Source: Candidatus Eiseniibacteriota bacterium (lineage in GTDB: Bacteria; Eisenbacteria; RBG-16-71-46; CAIMUX01; VGJL01). Taken from it: a stretch of 64,000 nucleotides of DNA. The stretch is taken from NCBI GenBank assembly GCA_963792585.1, contig CAWBWI010000006.1:224001-288000 (forward strand). Reading direction: 5' to 3'. The position numbers and the translations under genes were made by a program. Under the pieces are notes generated by a model. It was given only the letters and a program-made list of their open reading frames with translations. It was not told the DNA's origin and did no database searches. Shown one piece after another: positions 19,413-30,402 of the stretch (positions are counted from its first letter, which is position 1; the number at the start of each line of letters is the position of its first letter).

Positions 19413-20240
19413 CTACTTCTTCAGATGGACCATCGTCAGCGTGGCCATCTTCTTCGATGTGCCGTCATCGTTGCACTCATATGCCAACATCTTGTGCTGG
19501 AGATCGATCTCTCCCTTGTCCCCCACGCCGTCACCCGCGAGGCAATCGATCACATGGGAATCGCAGTCCGTGTCCGTGCCCCCGCCGAAGCGATGCTGCC
19601 CCTCGTACTCATTGACCTTCCGCGTGAGCAGATCCGTCCCCTCCGGGAATCCCTCGTTCGACTGCATCACGACCTGGAAACCCCACGTCTTCGGATCGCC
19701 GCCACCCAGATCCTTCACCGGGACCGAGCCAGAGATCGTCCGGTTCGTTCCCTTCGTGCGTCCCGGCACGAGCGTGGCGGACTTCATCTCGGCCGGCACC
19801 TTCGAGTCGATCTCGGACTTGACCCGCGACTGGCTTTGCGGCGAGAGGATCACGCACTTGTCCCAGGAACTGCCCGGCTCGAAGGCGATGTTCAATCCCG
19901 GGAGTCCCTTGGTGAAGCCGGTCTCGGGTTTGCCGTCGGTGTCGATGAAGATGAAGACCATCTGGACCGCGAATCCCGCGCCCATGCCCCACGGGTCCTC
20001 GAGCTTCGCATTGACGTCGACGCTGAAGTCGGCGTTCGATCCTCCCGCCTTCATCTTGAAGCCGGTCAGATCGAATGACCCCTTCGTGTACACCGCATCG
20101 GTCGGGTAGACGTAGGAGCCCGGGCCATTGTCATCGCCCGTCGGGTCCTTGAAGGCGACCTCCTGGGCTCCGGCAGCGACCGCCAGCATGGCCGCCCCTA
20201 TGGCCGCCAGGACGACGGCGCGTGTGAGTGTGCCTTTCAC
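19413..20240 (-). CDS. Secreted glucodextranase DOMON-like domain protein
   Basis: FKDPTGDDNGPGSYVYPTD..FDL..FIFIDTDG motif; signal peptide; GTG start with AGGAGG SD. Confidence 0.85.
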   Translation of the reverse strand: MKGTLTRAVVLAAIGAAMLAVAAGAQEVAFKDPTGDDNGPGSYVYPTDAVYTKGSFDLTGFKMKAGGSNADFSVDVNAKLEDPWGMGAGFAVQMVFIFIDTDGKPETGFTKGLPGLNIAFEPGSSWDKCVILSPQSQSRVKSEIDSKVPAEMKSATLVPGRTKGTNRTISGSVPVKDLGGGDPKTWGFQVVMQSNEGFPEGTDLLTRKVNEYEGQHRFGGGTDTDCDSHVIDCLAGDGVGDKGEIDLQHKMLAYECNDDGTSKKMATLTMVHLKK

Positions 20241-20259
20241 ATTGTCCTCCTTTCGCGTA

Positions 20260-21144
20260 TCAACCCTTGACCGCCCCCGCCGTGAGGCCGGAGACGAGAT
20301 ACTTCTGCAGGAACAGGAATAGCAGGACCACCGGAATTGACACGATGATGGAACCCGCGGCGAAGTAGCCCCACTGCTGCTGGAAGCCTCCGACGAAGAA
20401 CCGCAGGCCGACCGGCGCCGTGTACATCGTCTCCTTGTCCATGAAGGTCGCGGCCTGAATGAATTCGTTCCATGCCGTCATGAAGGAGAAGAGGGCCGTC
20501 ACCGCGACGGCCGGTTTCGCCAGAGGGAGGATGATCTTGAAGAAGACCGTCGCGGTCGACGCGCCGTCGATCATGGCCGACTCCTCGAGTTCGCGCGGAA
20601 TCGTGTCGAAATACCCCTTCAGCATCCAGACGCAAAACGGGATTGCCGTGAGCGCATAGACGAGGATCAGTCCGATGTAGCTCGAACCTAGCTGGAGCCA
20701 CTTGACGATGATGATGTAGAGCGGGATCAGCATCAGCGTCCCCGGAAACATCTGCGAAACCAGGAACGACATCAGTCCGACCCGCCGGCCGGGGAACTTG
20801 AACCTCGAGAAAGCGTACGCGGCGGTGCACGCGAGGAAGACCCCGACCAGCGTCGTCGCGGCCGCGACGATCGCGCTGTTCAGGAGCCACCGCCCGAACG
20901 GTTGTTGCGTCATCACCGAGGTGAAGTTCGCCATCGAGATCGTCTTGGGCCACGGGACCAGGGTCCGCAGCCGGTCGAGGACGCCCGGATCCGCGGGCAG
21001 GTCGGCGAACATCAGCCCCTGCTGCCCCGAGAAGGCGATGGTGAGGACCCAGAGAATCGGATAGATGCTGATCACGACGAACAGGAGGATCACCGCATGG
21101 AGCGGCCCGTGGCGAAGCTCTCCCGTCCGGCTGCCCTTGCTCAT
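20260..21144 (-). CDS. malG: Maltose/maltodextrin ABC transporter permease (MalG-like)
   Basis: LKGYFDTIPRELEESAMIDGA EAA loop; SGLTAGAVKG terminus. Confidence 0.88.
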   Translation of the reverse strand: MSKGSRTGELRHGPLHAVILLFVVISIYPILWVLTIAFSGQQGLMFADLPADPGVLDRLRTLVPWPKTISMANFTSVMTQQPFGRWLLNSAIVAAATTLVGVFLACTAAYAFSRFKFPGRRVGLMSFLVSQMFPGTLMLIPLYIIIVKWLQLGSSYIGLILVYALTAIPFCVWMLKGYFDTIPRELEESAMIDGASTATVFFKIILPLAKPAVAVTALFSFMTAWNEFIQAATFMDKETMYTAPVGLRFFVGGFQQQWGYFAAGSIIVSIPVVLLFLFLQKYLVSGLTAGAVKG

Positions 21145-23087
21145 ATCCCCTCCGTCGCCTTGGTGACCTTGTTCTGCCAGATCCCGTAGGCGAGGAGGAT
21201 CAGGAAGATCACGGTCGAGTATGCCGCCGCGTAACCGTACCGGTACTGTTCGAAGGCGAATTTGTACGCCTGGGTGATCAGGAGTTCCGTCGAGTGCGCG
21301 GGCTCGCCCGCCGTCACGAGGTAGATCACGTTGAATTGATTGAAGGTCCAGATCACCGACAGGATGATCGCGGGGACCAGCGCGGGCTTCAGGGACGGCA
21401 GAGTGACCGATCGGAACTGCTGCCAGCGCCCGGCGCCGTCCACGCGCGCGGCCTCATACAGATCGCTCGGGATCGATTGGAGGGCGCCGAGCGAGATGAC
21501 CATCATGAACGGGAAGGACAGCCACGCGTTCGTCGCGAGGACCGTCGCGAACGCCGTGCCGGTCTTCTCGAACCAGGCGATCGGCTGCCCTCCGAAGAGC
21601 TGGATCATCTGATTCGCGACGCCGAACTGCTGGTGAAACATCCCCTTCCAGATGAGGGCGGTGATGTAGTTCGGCATCGCCCATGGGAAGATGAGGAGCA
21701 CCCGATAGATCGGCCGCAGCGCGAACCCCTTCGTGTTCAGGATGAGCGCCAGGAAGAGACCGACCGTGACCCCGATCGTCACGTTCGAGATCGTCCAGAC
21801 GATCGTGAACATCAATGTCCAGTAGAAGTTCTGGTAGTCGAAAACGAGCCCGTCGGCGGTGTGCTTGGCGATGTTGAAATTCCCCAGGATGTCGGTGAAG
21901 TTCTTGAAGCCGGTCCAGATCTCGTTCAAGGGCTTGTCGGTGTTGTAGATCGTCGAGCCGGTGAACGATAGGGCAATCCCGTAGAAGAACGGGAAGAAGA
22001 CGAGCAGCAACATCCCGATCAAGGCCGGGAGTGCGTACGCGTAGGCCTGCCGGTGGCGGAAGAAGCCGGCGACGCCGCGCCCGGCGATCCCGAGACCGAC
22101 GAAGAGCAGGAGCCCGATCGAGAGGAGCCCGAGGAGGACGGTCGTCTTCGTGATCGCCCCGGCCGCTTGGGACTGGCTCGCTGCAATCCGCTTCACGTCG
22201 ACCGTTGCGTCGTCGGCGACGATGCCCAGCGGGCGGCGGTAGACGTCCATGTCCCACGAGGCGGGGCGTAGGGGGGACTCGATCCGAAATCCGGCGGCCT
22301 CGAGGGCCGCGCCCGCGGCCGTCCCCTCCTCCGTGATCCGGGTGACCACAGCCGACTCGATGCCGCGGATCTCCCCGGCGGTTCGATCGATGGCGTATCG
22401 GCCGTACGCCCCGACGGCGAAGATGACGAGCACGCCCGATAGGATCGCGAGGCGTGTCCTCCGCTCCCCGATCGCCATCGCGCCTGCCAGGAACAGGATC
22501 GTCGCGCCGGCGATCAGGAGAATCGCGAAGAGGGCGCTCGGTCGCGGCGGCCGCGGCACCGGCAGGGTCTCGATGTGCACGATGCCGGCCATCGCTCCAT
22601 CGATCGAGAAGGGCGCGGCCAGCTCCAACCCCCCGCCTGCGGAGGGTTTGATCTCGATCTCTTCCTTGCGCGCGGCCCCCTCGTCCCGATTCGTCTGCAC
22701 CGCGGCGCGGATCCGTTGGCCCTGATCAAAGAGCGCCTTCTCGTTCTGCGCCAGGCGCCGCGGCGCGACATTCTCGCCGACGTCTTCCGCCGCGGTCGAC
22801 GCCTCGAGCCGCGCCCCGCTGAGCGAGAGAATCCGCGAGGATCGAATCCGCGTGTGCGCGGCCGCGAAGCCCGCGACCGCGGTCCGAAGCGAGTCCCCCT
22901 GACCGCCCGCGCGCTCCACGACCTCCACCAGCGCGCCCAAGGTGACGATGGACGTCCGGCCCGCACGATCGTAGTTCTGCTGTTCGAGGGAGCGTGTCAG
23001 CAGGGCGGCGCCGATCCCCACCCCCAGCAGTGTCCCCAGCAACACGCCGACGGTGAAACGCCGGCGATGGACGGCGCGCGTCGTCAC
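21141..23087 (-). CDS. malF: Maltose/maltodextrin ABC permease (MalF-like) with a long N-terminal extension
   Basis: LQSIPSDLYEAARVDGA EAA loop; FNQFNVIYL; about 340 aa of extra N-terminal TM and periplasmic segments. Confidence 0.85.
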   Translation of the reverse strand: MTTRAVHRRRFTVGVLLGTLLGVGIGAALLTRSLEQQNYDRAGRTSIVTLGALVEVVERAGGQGDSLRTAVAGFAAAHTRIRSSRILSLSGARLEASTAAEDVGENVAPRRLAQNEKALFDQGQRIRAAVQTNRDEGAARKEEIEIKPSAGGGLELAAPFSIDGAMAGIVHIETLPVPRPPRPSALFAILLIAGATILFLAGAMAIGERRTRLAILSGVLVIFAVGAYGRYAIDRTAGEIRGIESAVVTRITEEGTAAGAALEAAGFRIESPLRPASWDMDVYRRPLGIVADDATVDVKRIAASQSQAAGAITKTTVLLGLLSIGLLLFVGLGIAGRGVAGFFRHRQAYAYALPALIGMLLLVFFPFFYGIALSFTGSTIYNTDKPLNEIWTGFKNFTDILGNFNIAKHTADGLVFDYQNFYWTLMFTIVWTISNVTIGVTVGLFLALILNTKGFALRPIYRVLLIFPWAMPNYITALIWKGMFHQQFGVANQMIQLFGGQPIAWFEKTGTAFATVLATNAWLSFPFMMVISLGALQSIPSDLYEAARVDGAGRWQQFRSVTLPSLKPALVPAIILSVIWTFNQFNVIYLVTAGEPAHSTELLITQAYKFAFEQYRYGYAAAYSTVIFLILLAYGIWQNKVTKATEGI

Positions 23088-24348
23088 TGCTTGCGCAGCC
23101 TCGCGATGGCGTCCAGGACCTCTTTCTGAGCGACCTCCATCGCAGCCTGCGGGGTCGCGGATTTCTGCACGATCGTGTTCATCGCCGTCGAAACCGGCGA
23201 CCAGACCATCGTCATCTCGACCGAGTTGGGCATCGGAACCGCGTTCTCGACCTGCTGGCGGAAGACCTTCAGAATCGGGTCCTGCCCCACCTTCGGGTCG
23301 TCATAGACCGCCTTGTTCGCGGGTGTCTGCCGCCCCTCGACGGCAAGGGTCGTCACGGAGGGCAGGTCGGTCACGTACTTGACGAAGTCGTACGCGGCTT
23401 CCTTGCTCTTGGAGGGACCGGCGATGTAGACACCCTCGACCGTCATCCAGGGCCGCATCGGCTTGCCGCCGGCCTCGTCGATCGCGGGAAGCGGCGCGAG
23501 GCCGTAGTCGATCGTCTTGGCGATCTCGCCGAGGAACCATGGACCCGAGAAGACCATGGCCGCCTTCCCATCGTTGAAGAGCGATGTGATGAGCGCCGTC
23601 GAAGGCTCGGCGGGCAGGATCCCATCCTGTTGCGCCCACTTGAGCATCAGGTCGAGAGATTGGATGTTCGCCGGCGCGTTGAGGGCCGGCTTGCCCGAGG
23701 CGTCGAAGACACCGCCGCCGAATGCGTTCATCAACGGCGCGTGGTAATAGAAGTTCGCATACCAGTATGCGAGGCCGAACTTGCCGACGGCGGGATCGGT
23801 GAGCGACTTGGCGAGCTTCACGAGTTCCGCCGACGTCTTCGGCGGCGTCGCCACAAGCTTCTTGTTGTAGATCATCGTGATGACCTTGTAGTTCAACGGC
23901 AGGCCGAAGACCTGCCCCTTGTAGGTCATCGCCTGCATCGTCGTCGGCAGGAAGCGAGCCTTCGTGGCGTCGTCGAGGAAGAAGTCGATCGGCTCGATCG
24001 TGTTCCCCGCCTCGACCCAGCCGCCAAGCCGGTCCTGGGCGTAGATGAAGATGTCGGGGCCCTTCCCCCGCGGCACCGCGGCGGTGATCTTGTCGGCAAA
24101 GGCGTCGTACGGGACGGCAAGGGTCGTCACCTTGACGCCCGAGGAGGTTTGCGCCGCGTTGTAGGCGGCGACGACCTTCTCGAACGCCGCCTTTTCTTCG
24201 CCCCGATAGGCATGCCAGACGACCAGTTCCGTCTGCGCCACCGTGATCCCGGGAAGGAGCAGGAACGCCACCGCGAGCAGGAGTCGCGTCCCCCGGAGCA
24301 TCGCATGGACACGCAGAATCCGATTCATGGAGATCCTCCTCACCCCGC

Positions 24349-24352
<4 letters not shown>
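23084..24352 (-). CDS. malE: Maltose/maltodextrin-binding periplasmic protein (MalE-like)
   Basis: LVVWH, GPDIFIYAQDRLGGW, YNKKLV, GKAAMVFSGPW, PMPN..M..VW motifs. Confidence 0.88.
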
Positions 24353-25443
<1,091 letters not shown>

Positions 25444-25450
25444 CGTTTCC

Positions 25451-27049
25451 TCATTTCCCTTGATCGTCGCGCGCCTGCGCGACCAGAATCCGCGCGGATC
25501 GCGACGGGACGGTCGTCGTCATCGAATCCCCCGGCGCCGCGAAAGAGACGCCACCCCAGAGGTCCTCGACGGTCGAACCTCCCCAGAGCGTCGGGGTCTT
25601 GAACGTCGCGACTGCGGGGGCCGCGCCGCGATTGATCGCGATCACGACCGCATCCGCGGTCATCGTGTCCGTTTGCGAGAAGATCAGCAGGTCTCCCTTG
25701 GTCGAAAGCCCCGTGTGAAAACCGCGTGAGAGCGCGGAGTGCGCCCGGCGGATGCCGATCAGCTTCGTGTAGTTCGCGCGCATCGCCTCGTCCCGCGGCT
25801 TGCCCGCCCCCGGCAGGATCGCCCGCTCGCCCCACGGCATGTCGCTCCGGTTGTCGGGCCAATCGCCGCCGACCCGCCCGACCTCGTCCCCCCAGCAGAT
25901 CACCGGAATCCCCACGCTGGTGAACTGCAGAATCGCCGCAAGGAGGAACAGCTCGGAATCTCCCCCCAGAAGGGAGAGGGCGCCCTTGACGTCGTGACTC
26001 GAGAGGAAGTGTGCGAGCAGGTGGCCCGGACGGGTCTTCTCGCGCAGCTTCAGATACCGGTCGAAAGCGACCGTTCGCCCGTTTCCAAGCAGAAAGCCCA
26101 CGACGCTCCCCTCGAAACCGAAATCGAAACCGGCGTCCAGCTCGTCCGCGGCAAACCACGGGTCCAGGACACCGGCGTCACCACCCCAGACTTCCCCGAG
26201 AAGAAAGAAGTCTGCCGACAGCCGCTCGCGGGTGAGCCGGCGGTGTTCCTTCCAGAACGGGTGGTCGACGTGCTTGACCGTGTCGAGACGGAAGCCGTCG
26301 ATCCCGGCTCGCCGCGCGAGTGCGAGCTGCGGCTGCATGACGAGGGAGTCGACCTCGGACAACTCCGTCTTCCAGTCGGGAAGACCGGCGACGCAGAGGG
26401 TCAGGTCATCCTCTCCGCAGGTGCCGGTCTCGTTGGACCGGAGCCAGCCCTTCGTCTTCGGATCGGAGAGGTAACGGGTGTTGTACCCGGCATGGTTGTA
26501 GACCACATCGAGCAGGACGCGTACACCCCGCTGGTGGCAATCGTCGACCAGACCCTTCAGGTCTGCATCGGTACCGAAGCGAGGATCGAGGCGCGTGAAA
26601 TCGTCCGGCCAGTAGCCGTGGTAGGCCCAGTCGGGGAAGCCTGCGCCGGTCACGAATCCGTCGACGTTCTTCACGACCGGGGTGATCCAGATCGCCGTGA
26701 CTCCGAGTCCGGTGATCTCGTCGAGGTGGGCGCGCAGGCCCCTGAGATCCCCGCCGTGAAAGGTCCCCTTGGCCCCGATGTCGACCGCGAGGTTGTTCGC
26801 CGCTTCGCCATCCGCCCAACGGTCGAGCATGACGAAATAGAGCACGACATCCTGCCAGGGGGTGAAGGAGGCGGGTGGCTGGGCGGCGACTTGACCGGAG
26901 AGGACGGAACTGAGGCAAAGAATCCACCCGATCGCGGTCATACGAGCCGCGACTGCCTGGCGCCGGGACTTCGGGCCGCCATCTCCCAGCGCGGTCATGG
27001 CCGGCCCAATGCCATGTCCAGGCCGCAGGGTTCCATCGCCCAGTAACAT
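25451..27049 (-). CDS. Secreted GH13 alpha-amylase/neopullulanase-like enzyme
   Basis: HGGDLRG, YHGYW, DVVYNH, DGFRLDTVKH, GEVW, FLSSHD; true start may be ATG 26941 (signal peptide MTAIGWIL..). Confidence 0.9.
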   Translation of the reverse strand: MLLGDGTLRPGHGIGPAMTALGDGGPKSRRQAVAARMTAIGWILCLSSVLSGQVAAQPPASFTPWQDVVLYFVMLDRWADGEAANNLAVDIGAKGTFHGGDLRGLRAHLDEITGLGVTAIWITPVVKNVDGFVTGAGFPDWAYHGYWPDDFTRLDPRFGTDADLKGLVDDCHQRGVRVLLDVVYNHAGYNTRYLSDPKTKGWLRSNETGTCGEDDLTLCVAGLPDWKTELSEVDSLVMQPQLALARRAGIDGFRLDTVKHVDHPFWKEHRRLTRERLSADFFLLGEVWGGDAGVLDPWFAADELDAGFDFGFEGSVVGFLLGNGRTVAFDRYLKLREKTRPGHLLAHFLSSHDVKGALSLLGGDSELFLLAAILQFTSVGIPVICWGDEVGRVGGDWPDNRSDMPWGERAILPGAGKPRDEAMRANYTKLIGIRRAHSALSRGFHTGLSTKGDLLIFSQTDTMTADAVVIAINRGAAPAVATFKTPTLWGGSTVEDLWGGVSFAAPGDSMTTTVPSRSARILVAQARDDQGK

Positions 27050-27228
27050 AATGTTTCCCCATGGGATCGCAAGGATAAACGGCGCTTTCAGTGCCCTCTG
27101 GAACCGCCCCGCGAGCGCCCCGCCAAAGGCCCCGGGCGATACGATCCGGGACCTCTGCTAAGATTTCCTGGAATCGTGTCCGAGCGCCGGGACCGATCTT
27201 CGATGATCCTGGAAGGGGGACGAATGTG

Positions 27229-28335
27229 ATGTCCTTCGATCCCGAGCTGTTCCGCGACCGACCCGAGCTCTACCGTCAGGTCTTCTACGACAGCACCGAC
27301 GCCATCGTCCTGACCGACCTCGAGGGACGGATCGTCACCGCCAATCCCGCATGGCTCACCCTCTACGGCTATGCGATCGACGAGGTCCGGGGTCAGACCA
27401 CGCGACTCATCAGGAGCGATCACACCACGACGGAGGTGTACGCGTACATGTGGTCGCGAATCAGCGATCCCGATCAGGGGTTCTGGAAGGGCGAGATCGT
27501 CAACCGGAAGCGCACGGGCGAGGAGGTTCCGGTCCTCCTGACGATCACCCCGATTCGACATGAAGCGGCGATCATCGGGTACATGGGGCTCGCCATCGAC
27601 GTGACCGAGCGACACCGGCTCGATGAGATGAGGGACCTCTACCAGCTCGTCATGCGCCACGATCTGAAGGCCCCACTTGGATCGATGATGGCGCTGCTCG
27701 AGACTCTCGCGGAGGGCTACGTCGGTCCTCTGACCTCGTCCCAGCAGGATCTGCTCGGTCGCGCCCGGCGCGCCGCGGGACGGATGCAGGAGATCATCGC
27801 CACGTCGCTCGACCTCGAGAAGCTGAAGCGCGGGACCCTGCGGCTGGACCCGACCGATACGAACCTTTTCGACGTCGTGCGGGGGAGCATCGAGACGCTT
27901 GCGGAACTCGCCGACCGCAAGGAGGTCCGGATCCGGCTCCTCGCGGATGGCAGGGTCGCGAGTGCGGAGGATCGCCTCATCTTCAGGGTAGATCCGGTCC
28001 ACCTCCAGCGCTGCGTCGACAACCTGATCAAGAACGCGATCGAGGCGTCCCCTCCCGGCCTCGCGGTCACCGTCGAATTGCTCGCATCGGACGACACCGT
28101 CCGGATCCGCGTGCACAACGGCGGCGACCCGATCCCTCCCGACGTGAGGGCCACGCTCTTCCATCCCTTCAGCACGTTCGCGAAACGCGGCGGGACCGGC
28201 CTCGGCATATACGGCGTCAAGATGGCCATCGATGCGATGGGGGGACGGGTCGACTACGAAACGGGCGCGCAGGGAACGACTTTCACAATCGAGTTGCCCC
28301 ACAATCCCGCGCCGTCCCCGGTATCGATGGCTTGA
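27229..28335 (+). CDS. Cytoplasmic PAS-domain sensor histidine kinase
   Basis: PAS/PAC (WKGEIVNRKRTGE), H-box RHDLKAPL, N-box NLIKNAIEA, G-box GGTGLG. Confidence 0.92.
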   Translation: MSFDPELFRDRPELYRQVFYDSTDAIVLTDLEGRIVTANPAWLTLYGYAIDEVRGQTTRLIRSDHTTTEVYAYMWSRISDPDQGFWKGEIVNRKRTGEEVPVLLTITPIRHEAAIIGYMGLAIDVTERHRLDEMRDLYQLVMRHDLKAPLGSMMALLETLAEGYVGPLTSSQQDLLGRARRAAGRMQEIIATSLDLEKLKRGTLRLDPTDTNLFDVVRGSIETLAELADRKEVRIRLLADGRVASAEDRLIFRVDPVHLQRCVDNLIKNAIEASPPGLAVTVELLASDDTVRIRVHNGGDPIPPDVRATLFHPFSTFAKRGGTGLGIYGVKMAIDAMGGRVDYETGAQGTTFTIELPHNPAPSPVSMA

Positions 28336-28443
28336 CAGGGGTTTCGGGAACTGCTTTCGTTTGTTGATTTCATAGCATCGGTTCGAAGCCGCTTCTGGAA
28401 GCCTCTTGGTGGGTGAACTCAGTGGCTGCAGAAAGGAGAAGGC

Positions 28444-29520
28444 ATGTCCGGTTCGATTCATCGTTTCTTGCTCGCCTCGGTCGTCGCGATGATGGGCCTC
28501 GCCCTCGTGTCCGGAATCACCTCCCCCGCATCCGCCGAGGAAGCGAAGAAAGAAGAGAAGAAGGAACTGATCGTCGGAAAGTGGTATCCCAGCCTCGAGA
28601 CCGGCCTCGCGTTCACCCAGGGGAGCTACTCGGACAACTGGAACGGCGGCGACAAGGGCTCGATCGTCTGGGCGCTGATCGCCAACGGCACGCTCGAGAA
28701 TCAGATGGTGCCGAAAGCCAACTGGCGGAACACGCTGAAACTCGCCTTCGGTCAGACGCACCAGCAGAAGGCGAATGACTCCGGCAGCCGCTACTGGGAA
28801 GTGCCCCAGAAGTCGACGGATCTGATCGACTTCGAGTCGCTCCTGCGATTGACGCTCGGCGCCTATGTCGATCCCTTCGCTGCGTTTGCATTCCAGAGTC
28901 AGTTCCAGGACGTGAGCGATCCCTTCGGGCGCAAGCTGGCATTCAACCCGATGCAGTTCAAGGAATCGGCCGGTATTGCCCGGAAGTTCATCGACACCGA
29001 GGACAAGGCGCTCCTGAGCCGCGTCGGATTCGCATTCCGCCAGAACTCCCGCAAGACGTTCGTCGACGTGGAAGAGCCGCTCACGACGTCGACGAAGACC
29101 GACGCGACGAACGACGGCGGCATCGAGTGGGTGACCGACTACAAGACGAAGGTGCTCGAGAAGAAGGTTTCCTGGACCTCGAAGCTCACGGTCTATCAGC
29201 CCGTGTTCTACTCCGGCAGGGGCGCGCTGAAGGACCTCTCCGCATCCTACCTGCAGACGAACGGGATCGATCCCGACGTCGCCGCGCTCTCCACGCAGAT
29301 CAGCTCAGATTGGGAGAATATCTGGTCGAGTCAAGTCACCAAGTTCATCTCGGTCGCGCTCTATACGCGGTGGATCTACGACGCCTACGACAATAGCGTG
29401 AAGCCGCTGCCGACCCCCGAGGGTGGAATCTCCAACCCCGAGGCCGTGCACTTCGGGGTCCGCAAGGCGGGTCAATTCAAGGAGACGCTGTCGATCGGTA
29501 TCACGTACCGGTTCCTGTAA
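28444..29520 (+). CDS. DUF3078-like outer membrane beta-barrel protein
   Basis: [26 protein letters not shown] terminus; signal peptide; AGGAG SD. Confidence 0.75.
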   Translation: MSGSIHRFLLASVVAMMGLALVSGITSPASAEEAKKEEKKELIVGKWYPSLETGLAFTQGSYSDNWNGGDKGSIVWALIANGTLENQMVPKANWRNTLKLAFGQTHQQKANDSGSRYWEVPQKSTDLIDFESLLRLTLGAYVDPFAAFAFQSQFQDVSDPFGRKLAFNPMQFKESAGIARKFIDTEDKALLSRVGFAFRQNSRKTFVDVEEPLTTSTKTDATNDGGIEWVTDYKTKVLEKKVSWTSKLTVYQPVFYSGRGALKDLSASYLQTNGIDPDVAALSTQISSDWENIWSSQVTKFISVALYTRWIYDAYDNSVKPLPTPEGGISNPEAVHFGVRKAGQFKETLSIGITYRFL

Positions 29521-29569
29521 CGCACGGTTTCGCCCCACGGATCGGGGCGGAGAGGGAGGAGTTCGGATC

Positions 29570-30262
29570 ATGTCGACCGGCAAGAAGGCACTGGCGGAGT
29601 TCATCGGAACATTCTGGCTCGTGATGGGGGGATGCGGCACCGCGGTTCTCGCGGGCGACCACGTCGGCTGGCTAGGGGTCTCGCTCGCCTTCGGGCTCAC
29701 CGTGGTGACGATGGCCTATGCCATCGGCCACATCTCCGGATGCCATCTCAATCCGGCCGTATCGTGCGGACTCGTCGCCGGCGGCCGAATGCCCGCGAAA
29801 GACCTGCCCGCCTACATCGTCGCGCAGGTGCTCGGCGGGATCGCGGCGGCCCTCGTCCTGATGTTGATCCTGCAAGGCGGAAACCTCTGGGACGCGGCCA
29901 AGCAGGCCGGTTTCGCCGCGAACGGATTCGGTGAACACTCACCGAAGGGATTCGGCCTCGGCGCGGCCTTCCTGTGCGAAGTGGTGATGACCTTCATCTT
30001 CCTGCTCATCATCCATGGGGCGACCGATTCGCGCGCGCCGGCCGGGCTCGCGGGCCTCGCGATCGGTCTGACCCTGACCCTGATCCATCTGATCTCGATT
30101 CCGGTGACGAACACTTCCGTCAACCCGGCCCGCTCGACGAGCCAGGCGGTCTTCGTCGGCGGATGGGCGCTCTCGCAGCTATGGGTCTTCTGGATCGCCC
30201 CGATCATCGGCGGCGTCCTGGGCGGCCTGGTCTACAAATCGCTCGGCAAGAAGACCGCGTAA
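29570..30262 (+). CDS. aqpZ: Aquaporin Z
   Basis: [13 protein letters not shown] and [16 protein letters not shown] boxes; [10 protein letters not shown]. Confidence 0.96.
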   Translation: MSTGKKALAEFIGTFWLVMGGCGTAVLAGDHVGWLGVSLAFGLTVVTMAYAIGHISGCHLNPAVSCGLVAGGRMPAKDLPAYIVAQVLGGIAAALVLMLILQGGNLWDAAKQAGFAANGFGEHSPKGFGLGAAFLCEVVMTFIFLLIIHGATDSRAPAGLAGLAIGLTLTLIHLISIPVTNTSVNPARSTSQAVFVGGWALSQLWVFWIAPIIGGVLGGLVYKSLGKKTA

Positions 30263-30339
30263 CGGGTTCTCAATCGGAATAGGGGGCGGCGGTTCGTCCG
30301 TCTCTTCCAAGCCTGTGCCCATGCCGGGCGCACGCGTGG

Positions 30340-30371
30340 AAAAGCCCCCCGGTAGCGCTGCTCCGGGGGGC
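30340..30371 (-). terminator. Intrinsic terminator between convergent aqpZ and RNB genes
   Basis: GCCCCCCGG/CCGGGGGGC stem flanked by AAAA (U tract on the minus strand). Confidence 0.65.
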
Positions 30372-30402
30372 CTTCGATCATTCGTTGCCGCGGGTCTCCC
30401 GC

